From the IMG/VR virus record IMGVR_UViG_3300033802_000183: a DNA stretch of 44,948 nucleotides. One strand, 5' to 3'. Position 1 is the stretch's first letter. Every line of letters starts with the position of its first letter. The notes under the pieces are model-generated. The model was given only the letters and a program-made list of their open reading frames with translations. It was not told where the DNA came from and did not search any database. Both the position numbers and the translations under genes were made by a program. Below, piece by piece: positions 31,136-39,771 of this stretch. This DNA is from a virus.

Positions 31136-31999
31136 CTATTTTCCTAAAGATTTTTTGTAATGTTTGATAAAGTCTTCATCTTTCATCTGGCCGGTTCGGT
31201 ATTCTTTGGCGAACATTCTGCGATATTCCGCCAAGACTTCCGCAGGCATCTGAAAATTATCCACGTCACCGCTGCCCTCAGTGCTTTGAATGTGCGATTT
31301 TCCGTTCACACTGTTCAAAGCCGCTTGTCGGGCGGCGGCCAAAGATTTTTGGCGGATTTCATCCGCGTGAGTGACCAAATAGGCATCCGCAATGGTGTAC
31401 CCGTGCATGATTTTTTGGTGCATTTGTTCGTATTTTGGCAAAGCAAAGAGATCATCCCACGTCTTCACATTGGCGTCGGGAAAGGCTTGTTGGAACTCTT
31501 GAAACTGCCGTTCCAACATCATCTGCCTTTCTGCTTGCCTTGCGGCGATGACAGTAGGATGATTTTCCAATTCTTCTTTGACGATTTTCTTCATCTCATC
31601 ATAGTCGATGCCTTTTTCCTCGTATTCCCTGCGTTTTTGTTCTTCCCTCAGTGCTTGTTGGTACTCTTCCCATGTGTTGATGCCCATATGGCCGTAGGTT
31701 TGTCTGACCCAATCGTCAATTTCTTTCATTTTGCGCTCTGCGGCTTCTTTTTGCCTTCTGAGTTCCGCAAAAGCGCGGTTCATTTCCGGGGATTGTTTCG
31801 GCTGATCGACGACCTCAGCCCCGCTCTCCGAAGCGGCGTTTGCGTCTACGGGTTCCCCGTCGGTATTTTCAACTTCGTTGTTCACTTCAATTTCTTCTTG
31901 GGGCGCAGCGACCTCCCCAGTTCCTGCGTCAACAGTCTGCTCTTGCCCTTCTTCTGCGAACAATTGCAGATTCAGGGGAAATCTATACTTTGGTTTCAT
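31136..31999 (-). CDS. Scaffolding protein (DUF4355-like)
   Basis: N-terminal PLNLQLFAEE motif, then acidic and highly helical sequence, upstream of the capsid gene. Confidence 0.75.
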   Translation of the reverse strand: MKPKYRFPLNLQLFAEEGQEQTVDAGTGEVAAPQEEIEVNNEVENTDGEPVDANAASESGAEVVDQPKQSPEMNRAFAELRRQKEAAERKMKEIDDWVRQTYGHMGINTWEEYQQALREEQKRREYEEKGIDYDEMKKIVKEELENHPTVIAARQAERQMMLERQFQEFQQAFPDANVKTWDDLFALPKYEQMHQKIMHGYTIADAYLVTHADEIRQKSLAAARQAALNSVNGKSHIQSTEGSGDVDNFQMPAEVLAEYRRMFAKEYRTGQMKDEDFIKHYKKSLGK

Positions 32000-32054
32000 T
32001 ACAATCCTCCTTTTCGCGTATACGTCCGCCGACGAATTCTCGTCTTTCCGAGTG

Positions 32055-32180
32055 TCATTTGCTTCCTCTTGCCCGCAAATCTCCGCCTTTGGCCGCTTGC
32101 GGCTTTTTCACGTTGCCCGCAGGCGGTTGCGGTGCCTTCACCATTGCTGAAGATGCGTTGGTGCGCTTGTAATTGGCCAT
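32055..32180 (-). CDS. 41-aa basic micro-protein (hand-called)
   Basis: MANYKRTNASSAMVKAPQPPAGNVKKPQAAKGGDLRARGSK, with an AAAGGTGGTGA SD. Confidence 0.4.
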   Translation of the reverse strand: MANYKRTNASSAMVKAPQPPAGNVKKPQAAKGGDLRARGSK

Positions 32181-32216
32181 GTTCTCACCACCTTTCAATG
32201 GACTGAAAATAGAAAA

Positions 32217-32232
32217 ACACCCGTTTGGGTGT
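32217..32232 (-). terminator. ACACCC-N4-GGGTGT hairpin + U-tract (copy 2 of 3)
   Basis: The minus strand reads ACACCC-AAAC-GGGTGT followed by TTTTTCTATTTT. Confidence 0.6.
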
Positions 32233-32363
32233 TACTTTTTCTTGGATTTTCCAGCTTTGTTCAAGGCTATCGCAACAGCTTGTTTTTGCGGATAGCCTTC
32301 ATTTCTCAATTTTCGGATATTTTGACTAATCGTCTTTTGTGATTTCCCTTTTTTGAGCGGCAT
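32232..32363 (-). CDS. 43-aa basic protein (DUF6496-like by recollection)
   Basis: [43 protein letters not shown]. The ATG at 32363 follows AGGAGGAG. Confidence 0.55.
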   Translation of the reverse strand: MPLKKGKSQKTISQNIRKLRNEGYPQKQAVAIALNKAGKSKKK

Positions 32364-32376
32364 ATGACTCCTCCTA

Positions 32377-32568
32377 TTAAAATACTCGCGGACCGGCGCA
32401 ATACCACAGTCCATTTTGCGAACGAAACATAATCGGGCGTCCACACTCGCAACAAGTGACTTCATCCGATGTTTTCAGACCTTCCTCGCTCACGTATTGC
32501 TTCGTTCCACAGCATTCATAAACCGTGAAAAACGTGACCAGGTTCCTTTCGGTAAGTTTGACCTTCAT
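32377..32568 (-). CDS. Small Cys-rich (Zn-ribbon-like) protein
   Basis: 63 aa with CC...CCEC...C, coupled to the portal gene stop. Confidence 0.55.
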   Translation of the reverse strand: MKVKLTERNLVTFFTVYECCGTKQYVSEEGLKTSDEVTCCECGRPIMFRSQNGLWYCAGPRVF

Positions 32569-34523
32569 CCGCCCACACTCCGCATGATTTCCGCCTGAGC
32601 TTCCGGCGGGAGTTGGTTAAACATGTCTTGTGTTTGCGGGTCTAATTGGCTGAATTGCTGGTTGAACGTTGGTTTTGGTTGTTGCATCTGTTGCGTCTGC
32701 TGCTGTAACATAGCCTGTTGCCTTTGTTCCTCTAACTGTTTCCGAATCTGCTTGGCTTGCGGGAAATTGATCGACTCCATGATCATCCAGAACTGCGGCA
32801 GATCGATCGCACCGGCGGACAGCATTTCTTTCGCTTGGTTGAAGATGAAAATCTTGTCTTTTGGCAAGCCTTGTCCGCTGTCTGCGCTAAAAATAAAGTC
32901 GGTGTTGTAATAGAGTTCTCCTGTTGCGTCGCGAACAAGGAATTTGTATTTGTCGAACACCTGAAACATGTCGTTTCCGTCCGCATCTTTCGCAACATAC
33001 GGACGAACTTCGTCATAAAAGGCAAGTTTGAACTCAAACATGATTTCAAACAGTTCTTTGTACGCGGCGAATTTGTTTGCGATAACAGATTGAAGCCTGC
33101 CAGAAGCCTGGGCGACTTGAATTTGCTTCGCTATGCCGCTTTTTGCTGTGGGATCTTCTTTCCCCTGATAAGCGTCGGTAATGCCTAACATGGATTGAGC
33201 GACTTCGTATTGTTGCTCGATGAAAGCCAAATCCTTCGTTATATCCGCATAAAGGTCTTTCACGTCAAAAATATTTTTCTGTGCTGCGTTCATGCGGATG
33301 ATCTGGTAAGTTTGGTCAGTGATGTCCACGTTCAAATCATCCGGCACGGTGATGATGGAACCGCCTTTGACTAGCTTTTCTTCCATCTTCGTGACGACTT
33401 TTTTGATGCTGTCTTGTTGATCACGGATGATGTCAATGTCCGATTGGCCTTCAAACGCAAAGTTTTTCGGCACGTTCTTTCGTATCACGAACGGATACCG
33501 CGTCGGGCAGAAGTATGGCACTTTTTTGCCTGCTGGCAAAATCTCATTCTCTCCCGTCAACGGGTCTATGGATCCGATTTTCACTGGCTCAAGCAAGGTT
33601 TCTTCTTTTTCGATGGTTGTTTTGAAACGTTTGGAACCGCACACGGCGCAATAATCAAGCGTTTTGTCTCGCACTTCGCCGCATTCCGCACATCTTTCCA
33701 AACGTCTGTAGAAGAATTTCGGCAAGTCCTCTACGACATGATCATTTACCCATGAAAATTTTCCAATGTCCCCGTCTTCGTCCCGGTACCAGCGCGTAAT
33801 CAGCGTGACTTTTTCGCTTAGTTCGTTGGTTCTGCCGTGGATGGTGTCATACAGGCTTGTAACCTCCGGGTACTGTTCTTCCTCGTTTGACACGTCAATA
33901 CCGAATTTCTGCTTCACATACTCTTTTGTGACGGACGTGAGGATGAAGAAATAGTCCATTTTTTGCAGCTTGTACACGCCCGGTTGCGGAATCAACTGTT
34001 TCGGATGACGGCAAATCAGTTCAATTTCCCCGCGATATAGACGGTGTTTATAATTCGGATTCCAGGCGACTTCGATGATCGAAAATCCTTGTATGGCGGT
34101 GATTCTTTCGTTATAGTCGTTGATTTCTTCAATGCCAAGTTCGGGCAAATCGCTTGCAATGCTGTCCTCAATCATGTTGGCTTGTTCCGTGAATTCTGGT
34201 CTTTTGCTTCTGACAGACGGCTGCGGAATGGTTGTATCAACTTTGGTTTCGATAAACTCAAAGCAGATGTTGTAGACGTTGTTTGCGTATTTGGACGGCA
34301 ACTGCTTCTGATTTACATTTGGATCTACAGCCCGCGTACCAAGGTATAGATATTCGCGCTGATCCATGATGTCCAGGTTGTACTGTGCTTTGGCCTGCTC
34401 CAGTTGTTTTTTGTAACGGTGCAGTTTGTCCATCTGCTCTACGTCTTTTTCTGCTTTTTTCACTTGGTCCGCCACGTTTTTCACCGCCTGTCTCATGATT
34501 TTGAAAGGTTTGGTTAGGTCCAA
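32565..34523 (-). CDS. Portal protein with an inserted CxxC-N13-CxxC zinc ribbon
   Basis: 652 aa, downstream of TerL with typical size and a Gln-rich C-terminal tail. CAECGEVRDKTLDYCAVCG is at 33639-33692. Confidence 0.8.
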   Translation of the reverse strand: MDLTKPFKIMRQAVKNVADQVKKAEKDVEQMDKLHRYKKQLEQAKAQYNLDIMDQREYLYLGTRAVDPNVNQKQLPSKYANNVYNICFEFIETKVDTTIPQPSVRSKRPEFTEQANMIEDSIASDLPELGIEEINDYNERITAIQGFSIIEVAWNPNYKHRLYRGEIELICRHPKQLIPQPGVYKLQKMDYFFILTSVTKEYVKQKFGIDVSNEEEQYPEVTSLYDTIHGRTNELSEKVTLITRWYRDEDGDIGKFSWVNDHVVEDLPKFFYRRLERCAECGEVRDKTLDYCAVCGSKRFKTTIEKEETLLEPVKIGSIDPLTGENEILPAGKKVPYFCPTRYPFVIRKNVPKNFAFEGQSDIDIIRDQQDSIKKVVTKMEEKLVKGGSIITVPDDLNVDITDQTYQIIRMNAAQKNIFDVKDLYADITKDLAFIEQQYEVAQSMLGITDAYQGKEDPTAKSGIAKQIQVAQASGRLQSVIANKFAAYKELFEIMFEFKLAFYDEVRPYVAKDADGNDMFQVFDKYKFLVRDATGELYYNTDFIFSADSGQGLPKDKIFIFNQAKEMLSAGAIDLPQFWMIMESINFPQAKQIRKQLEEQRQQAMLQQQTQQMQQPKPTFNQQFSQLDPQTQDMFNQLPPEAQAEIMRSVGG

Positions 34524-34527
34524 TGCG

Positions 34528-34893
34528 TCACCTTCTTTCTACAAAAAGGCGCATGACCACGCCGTAAAACTTGTTTTTCGGGTGCTTGCGCCAATCTTCC
34601 GGCGCCATGTGGTAAAGTTGATTAGACCTTATAATAGGCTCAGGTTTAAGGGGAACGTAAATTTTTTGCCCTTTGTATTGTTCCAAAACTCTTTTTAGCC
34701 CTTCAATTTGCTTCCGGATCGCTATTTTCGGGTTGTATTCAGTTAGAAAGCCTTCTCCTTCTTTTATTCGTTCGCCGTTGATTAGAACGATATTTTCATA
34801 CCGCCAATAATCAGCGTTAGGATAATAGGGCAAGTCTTTCACCAACGGCGCGATATATCGGTTGATCCACTTTTTCACTAACCGTTTTTTCAT
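34528..34893 (-). CDS. Hypothetical protein between terminase and portal
   Basis: Start moved to the ATG at 34893 (MKKRLVKKW). Confidence 0.6.
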   Translation of the reverse strand: MKKRLVKKWINRYIAPLVKDLPYYPNADYWRYENIVLINGERIKEGEGFLTEYNPKIAIRKQIEGLKRVLEQYKGQKIYVPLKPEPIIRSNQLYHMAPEDWRKHPKNKFYGVVMRLFVERR

Positions 34894-34895
34894 AA

Positions 34896-36407
34896 TCAAA
34901 CCCCTTTCACCAGTCCCCATTTTTTGAGCAAATACGGCCTTAATTCAGCCGGCGCGTTCCAATAGTCTTCTTGGTAGTCTTCCGGCAGTTTCGACAAATC
35001 AAAACTCTGTTCAGCTTTCACGGTCATGCTCTGCTGATCCCGGATGAAATACGTGATCGCCAGCCCCATAATCAAATCGTCATGCGCTCCCTCTTGAGCT
35101 TCCGGCTTGCCGTTTTCGTTTTTCACGAAAGTAAGCATTTCTTCTAGCGTCTTGATATCGTTAATCAAGTGGACCGATTCCTTCACAATCGCAACCAAAT
35201 TCGATATGATGAGCGGACGCGTGATTTTCCCCGTTTGGAAACCGAAGCTTTGCCGCAACTTGTGCGTGTAGCTGTCCTGGACTTCGCGCACATAAAGCTT
35301 CGGGTAGCCCCATTCTTCCAGCTTCCGCGTGGGATACGTGGAAAAATTGGTTTCCAAGCCGATCAGAGCGGTGTTGTAATAGACACCCAAACAATAGATT
35401 TGCTTTGCATAGTCGATTTCGTCATATTGCTGATGTAACACAGCAACTTGTTTTCCTGTCGTGTTGTCGATGACATGTCCCGAAAACCAATCGGATCCCT
35501 CACCAGCTGTATCGCCGCCTAACACGTATGGGTAACACTCTTTCACGTCCTCAAACAGCGTAATTGCCCCGTTATCGTCTTCTACAAAGCGGATAGTACC
35601 CTCTATCGGCTTGCCGCCTTCTGTCTCTTCAAACGAAAAATAGCCCCGTTTCAGAGGCTGTTTGTCACGTAGATATGCAATTCGGTTTGATACGATTTCC
35701 GCCGGGAATATGGTTTTTCCAAGCACACCCCATTCGCCTAAGGCGTAGACCTGGTAAAAATATGGGTCCGTGTCTTTGAATCCTTCAAGTACCTTTTTTT
35801 GTTCGTCATCAAGGAACCTATTGTCCTTGTACGTGCTGTGCATCGTTGTGGCGTTTTCTTTCTGTTGATCGAAGAATTCTTTTTTCAGCCAGTGGTTTAT
35901 ATCGACCGGGTTAAATGTGATGATCATTTGTTTGTAGTTGGCTGATTTCCCGCGCAAACGAATATCAAGCTGTCTAAAGTCTTCCGGCGTGATTTCGCTG
36001 GCTTCTTCAATCCATATGCCTGTCACGCCAGAAATGGATTTCAGCTTTTCCACATCATCCAACCCGGCGAACAATATTTCGTTTCCGTTTGCGCACTTGA
36101 TATGAAGATCGCCCTTGTGTATTTTGAAAAGTTGCCCTAATCCCCAGCGATGAATGACGTTGCTTAGCTCTGCATATACCGATTCCCGCAGCGTTTTTGC
36201 GACTTTCCGGAGCACCAGAAAACGATGCCCTTTTTCGCTCAGCATCCGCAAAATGATCTTTTGCGCGGCGAAAACGGATTTCCCCGAACCACCGCCCCCG
36301 ACAAGCACCAAATAGCGGTCTTGGTTCCAGTAGAGCGGGTAAAATTTTTCATTCGTCAGTTTCGGCAGTTCGGTCAGGTCAACCTTCACCGTCGGCATCT
36401 GTATCAC
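34896..36407 (-). CDS. terL: Terminase large subunit (PBSX/Terminase_3-like)
   Basis: Walker A LVGGGGSGKS. C-terminal nuclease acidic residues GGDTAGEGSDW ... HDD. Confidence 0.92.
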   Translation of the reverse strand: MIQMPTVKVDLTELPKLTNEKFYPLYWNQDRYLVLVGGGGSGKSVFAAQKIILRMLSEKGHRFLVLRKVAKTLRESVYAELSNVIHRWGLGQLFKIHKGDLHIKCANGNEILFAGLDDVEKLKSISGVTGIWIEEASEITPEDFRQLDIRLRGKSANYKQMIITFNPVDINHWLKKEFFDQQKENATTMHSTYKDNRFLDDEQKKVLEGFKDTDPYFYQVYALGEWGVLGKTIFPAEIVSNRIAYLRDKQPLKRGYFSFEETEGGKPIEGTIRFVEDDNGAITLFEDVKECYPYVLGGDTAGEGSDWFSGHVIDNTTGKQVAVLHQQYDEIDYAKQIYCLGVYYNTALIGLETNFSTYPTRKLEEWGYPKLYVREVQDSYTHKLRQSFGFQTGKITRPLIISNLVAIVKESVHLINDIKTLEEMLTFVKNENGKPEAQEGAHDDLIMGLAITYFIRDQQSMTVKAEQSFDLSKLPEDYQEDYWNAPAELRPYLLKKWGLVKGV

Positions 36408-36834
36408 CCTGCGGCAGTTTCACGACGATTTCAAGCCCGCCGTCAAGTTCAATATCCCGCTTATCCCGCCACACAGCGGGCCTTCTATTCTTCAACCAAA
36501 ATATCTGCGCCGTTACATCCGGCAAAACTTCCTTTGTCACGCGCTTTGTGACAACCATGTTTCCGTCTTTGTCGCGTTCCCGCGTGATTTCCTCATATGT
36601 GTAACCCATTGCACGCTTCAGCAGCGCGTTTTCGACTTCTATATCTATGTCATCTTTTCCCCTTTTAAGGGCCTCTGTGAACTCTGAATACTTGTTTTTG
36701 TATTCATACAGCGTAGCAACGCCGATCCCCAAATTATGCGCGATTTGCTCATCCGTCAGGCCGTCTCTGGCCCAAGCTTCGACTTTATTCAGTTTGGGTT
36801 TGACGTGACTTTCGTACTTGCTGGGCCTGGCCAT
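36379..36834 (-). CDS. terS: Terminase small subunit (HTH type)
   Basis: MARPSKYESHVKP ... GLTDEQIAHNLGIGVATLYEYKNKY. The ATG at 36834 follows AAAGGAG. Confidence 0.85.
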   Translation of the reverse strand: MARPSKYESHVKPKLNKVEAWARDGLTDEQIAHNLGIGVATLYEYKNKYSEFTEALKRGKDDIDIEVENALLKRAMGYTYEEITRERDKDGNMVVTKRVTKEVLPDVTAQIFWLKNRRPAVWRDKRDIELDGGLEIVVKLPQGDTDADGEG

Positions 36835-36874
36835 ACTTTTCACTCCTTTCCTACAAACAATACTTAAAGAAAAA

Positions 36875-36890
36875 ACACCCTTTCGGGTGT
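36875..36890 (-). terminator. ACACCC-N4-GGGTGT hairpin + U-tract (copy 3 of 3), just upstream of terS
   Basis: The minus strand reads ACACCC-GAAA-GGGTGT followed by TTTTTTCTTT. Confidence 0.6.
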
Positions 36891-36908
36891 GCCGTGCCAG
36901 ATTACGTA

Positions 36909-37154
36909 TCAAACATATTTCGTTTTTGTATTTTTGAAAAATATAAAAAGCATTTCTTCTGTCTTTAGATCATCTTTGCCACGTATTAAAAAATTATGAT
37001 GTGAGTATTCACCGCTAAAATAAACATCGTCTCGTCTTATCTCTACTTTTCCTTTGCCTGCGGTTAAAATCGCCATCAAGTTAGCAATATCATTTCTTTC
37101 TTGTTGTAGGATGCAATTCCCACCGTCTTCGGCATCACAAAAATTAACCCACAT
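36909..37154 (-). CDS. Hypothetical protein (first late-operon ORF)
   Basis: 81 aa with an AAAGGGAGG SD. Confidence 0.6.
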   Translation of the reverse strand: MWVNFCDAEDGGNCILQQERNDIANLMAILTAGKGKVEIRRDDVYFSGEYSHHNFLIRGKDDLKTEEMLFIFFKNTKTKYV

Positions 37155-37374
37155 TTTTTATCGCCTCCCTTTGTCCAATTTCGACACAAGGAAGGGATTT
37201 CCTGCGCACACTAAAAAAATTAAAAGACTGTACTTCTACCCCGCGCAGTCCTCGCGGCTATTTCCCCCCTTCTCGCATTTTGCCCACAAGATTGAGAAGC
37301 TGGAGTTAATGCTTTCAATTTATATAGGTTTTTTTGTATGACATTTGCACGACATATGATAAAAGTTCACAATT

Positions 37375-37395
37375 TGTTCGTATTATGTTCGTATT
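37375..37395. repeat. Tandem direct repeat TGTTCGTATT x2 abutting the -35 of the island promoter
   Basis: Copies at 37375-37384 and 37386-37395. Candidate operator. Confidence 0.5.
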
Positions 37396-37422
37396 GACAT
37401 TGTATTATTTGCGTGTTATGAT
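37394..37422 (+). promoter_or_regulatory. Strong sigma-A promoter TTGACA-17-TATGAT driving the plus-strand island
   Basis: -35 at 37394-37399 and -10 at 37417-37422. Confidence 0.75.
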
Positions 37423-37453
37423 AAAGTCAAACAAAAGGAAAGGGATGGTAAAG

Positions 37454-37906
37454 ATGAAAAAATGGTTTGTCGATCAAGTATTTGTCCGGGAAGGGCAGGT
37501 GTATGATCGAGGGTACTACATCCGCGAAGATGGCGTCATCGAATGGACGGAGCCGATCAGAAACGGCGAAACGCACGAATTCCCGATCAGCGAATGTACT
37601 CATCGAGACGGAAACCCGATCATGATTGAAGACGGGGAACTGCTTGGAGTGTTGCAATCAGTTCACATCCAAGTGCAAAACTCCGGTTTCTACGGTGAAG
37701 GAATTGACGGAACCTGGGCTGAAATGATGGTAGAAGTTGGCACCCACGTAGAAGGTTGGAATACTTACGACGTAGAACGCACGGAGTGGCATTATCCGTA
37801 TCGCCACTACTGGGGTACACTGGATGATGAAAACGGAAAACCGATCTACAATTTTTACGCTATAGTCTCTGAAAATGACGCAGACATTGAAATTGAAAAG
37901 AAATGA
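37454..37906 (+). CDS. Island protein 1, hypothetical (150 aa)
   Basis: Track ORF 37334..37906 trimmed to the ATG at 37454 (an alternative is 37445) after AAAGGAAAGGG. Confidence 0.65.
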   Translation: MKKWFVDQVFVREGQVYDRGYYIREDGVIEWTEPIRNGETHEFPISECTHRDGNPIMIEDGELLGVLQSVHIQVQNSGFYGEGIDGTWAEMMVEVGTHVEGWNTYDVERTEWHYPYRHYWGTLDDENGKPIYNFYAIVSENDADIEIEKK

Positions 37907-37997
37907 AGCCCGTCGGTCTGGACCACCGGCGAGCTTCGGGGCAGAGAATTGGAAGCCCTCTGCCCCTCCATTATAACATATTTTGGAGGGATAAAAC

Positions 37998-38351
37998 ATG
38001 AATATCATCGAAAAGAAAGTATTGCATGAAGGTTATGGAGCTGACGGAAAATCTGTAATCTTGGCCGAATTAGCAAACACATTCGCTATTTATTACTACA
38101 TTCACGCCGAAGACCGTTATTTTCTCATCGACACAGCGGATTCAAATTATGAGGCAAAGGAAATGTTTGACCGTGAAATCAAACGTCATGAAATCCAAGA
38201 ATCGATCTTACGGGTAGCCCAAAAACGGGTTGAACGCGGAGCGACACAAGAACATGTTCGAACTTTCCAAGAAAAACTACTCCAAAAATGGTTTGATTCA
38301 GACATCAGGCAGTTTATCGAACACCTTGATCGGATGGTGTTCGAGGAATGA
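37998..38351 (+). CDS. Island protein 2, hypothetical (117 aa)
   Basis: GGAGGG SD; good ORF. Confidence 0.65.
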   Translation: MNIIEKKVLHEGYGADGKSVILAELANTFAIYYYIHAEDRYFLIDTADSNYEAKEMFDREIKRHEIQESILRVAQKRVERGATQEHVRTFQEKLLQKWFDSDIRQFIEHLDRMVFEE

Positions 38352-38581
38352 TAAGCAACACCATAAAGATCAACCTAACGGACGGCAACGAAATTATTAC
38401 CCGCATCAACGGAACGCCTGATGATATTTTCCGGCACTACCAGAACAACAACGTTGACACCTTTAGCAGCGGACATCCGCAAGTCAAGCGCATTGAATTT
38501 GTCGAATCGCCCTTGCTGGAAAAACATAGTTCATATGTATATCTGTTCATCGATTGGAATGGGAACGGACTTTTGCAATAA
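38348..38581 (+). CDS. Island protein 3, hypothetical (77 aa)
   Basis: ATGA overlap with protein 2. Confidence 0.6.
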   Translation: MISNTIKINLTDGNEIITRINGTPDDIFRHYQNNNVDTFSSGHPQVKRIEFVESPLLEKHSSYVYLFIDWNGNGLLQ

Positions 38582-38673
38582 TCCGCCTGACGATGGCTGG
38601 TTGGCTGCCAGCCGAAACCGGGCTTGTCCCGGTCGCGGGAAGCCGCAATAAAATCTTTGAGGAGGGATTCTAT

Positions 38674-39099
38674 TTGGCAACGAAATCCGTATCAGTAAAT
38701 TTACAACCAGAAATCCTTGACGCTTTGGCCGAACGCGGCCAGCGTGCACCAACAATCAACCGGGACTTGGAGCGTCTCTATTCTCTCTACGACCGCGCTT
38801 TGCGTCGTGTCGATCTAACCATCGACGAAGCGTGCTTGATTGTTGACGCGCTCAACGGAACATTGCACGATGTTTTATCCGGCACACGCTTCTGGTTCGG
38901 CGTCCAGGATGCTATCGAATTAGACGGCCTGGACGAAAAATGGAACGTTGACGGAAAAGCGCTTATTGAAAAACTTTCCGCGCTGGATGATTTGACCGCT
39001 ATGGCGATTGTAGACGCGGCAGAAAGGTTCTGGTTTGTTGAAAAGTACCGGGAAATGGACATCCGCGAGGCTATCGCGGATGTGTTTAAAATCAAGTAA
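38674..39099 (+). CDS. Island protein 4, acidic, possible N-terminal ribbon-helix-helix (141 aa)
   Basis: The TTG at 38674 lies 8 nt after GAGGAGGG. KSVSVNLQPEILDALAERG looks like a strand-helix RHH start. The track start at 38554 was rejected. Confidence 0.55.
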   Translation: MATKSVSVNLQPEILDALAERGQRAPTINRDLERLYSLYDRALRRVDLTIDEACLIVDALNGTLHDVLSGTRFWFGVQDAIELDGLDEKWNVDGKALIEKLSALDDLTAMAIVDAAERFWFVEKYREMDIREAIADVFKIK

Positions 39100-39115
39100 G
39101 AAAGGAATGGTACCC

Positions 39116-39703
39116 ATGGAAAAGAAAAATCAAGTTTGGCTGAATCGTTTTCGCGCAGGAGATTATTCTCGGGTGTTGTATGCAGAAAGCAACCAGGCTT
39201 ATTTCGATCTGGTTGTCTTGGAAAAAATGGCCGATGGAATACCAGACTACAGCGCAATACCAGCTCCGGTACTTCACGAGATCATTTATGAAAGTGATCT
39301 GTACAACGTATCAGGAGACCAACTGCGCAATGACATCCAGGAATTTTTGGCTGACTTCGATCTGATTTCCCGCGATCAATATGATGATCTGCGTCTCGTT
39401 AGAGACGTAATGATCGCAGACAAGGATCTTTCCGACTTCTCATTTGAGGATCGGAGAATCCTAAAAGAAGTTAAAGAGTTTGGCCTGATTCTGGATGAAG
39501 TACAAAATCAGGATGGTGAAATGATTGTCACTGAGGAAATATTCTATGACGAAGGTTTGTTTTACCATCGTACTCTCGCTTGCCACGGTTCGTCTTGGCT
39601 TGGCCTAGGGACTTGCCAGTGTGTGAACCATGACTGGTACGACGATTTGCCAGTTCCTGCCAAGAAAGTGCTGGAATTGGCGAAATCAAATGTGCCAGCC
39701 TAA
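39116..39703 (+). CDS. Island protein 5, acidic hypothetical (195 aa)
   Basis: The ATG at 39116 lies 9 nt after AAAGGA. Confidence 0.6.
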   Translation: MEKKNQVWLNRFRAGDYSRVLYAESNQAYFDLVVLEKMADGIPDYSAIPAPVLHEIIYESDLYNVSGDQLRNDIQEFLADFDLISRDQYDDLRLVRDVMIADKDLSDFSFEDRRILKEVKEFGLILDEVQNQDGEMIVTEEIFYDEGLFYHRTLACHGSSWLGLGTCQCVNHDWYDDLPVPAKKVLELAKSNVPA

Positions 39704-39722
39704 TATTGGACAAAACATTTAC

Positions 39723-39744
39723 CCGCCTAAACAGGCGGTTTTTT
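39723..39744 (+). terminator. Rho-independent terminator CCGCCT-aaac-AGGCGG + T6
   Basis: 6-bp GC-rich stem with a tetraloop and TTTTTT. It is followed by an extended -10 (TGtTAGAAT, 39744-39752). Confidence 0.8.
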
Positions 39745-39771
39745 GTTAGAATGTAAACGGGAGGGTTTGCG

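Noticed and set aside
31160-32206. A 348-aa plus-strand ORF, with other long plus ORFs such as 7943..8578 and 9084..9509.
   Set aside because: They are antisense shadows of well-supported minus-strand genes (scaffold, ERF/Gp157). They are Phe/Leu/Ser/Cys-rich and have no SD.
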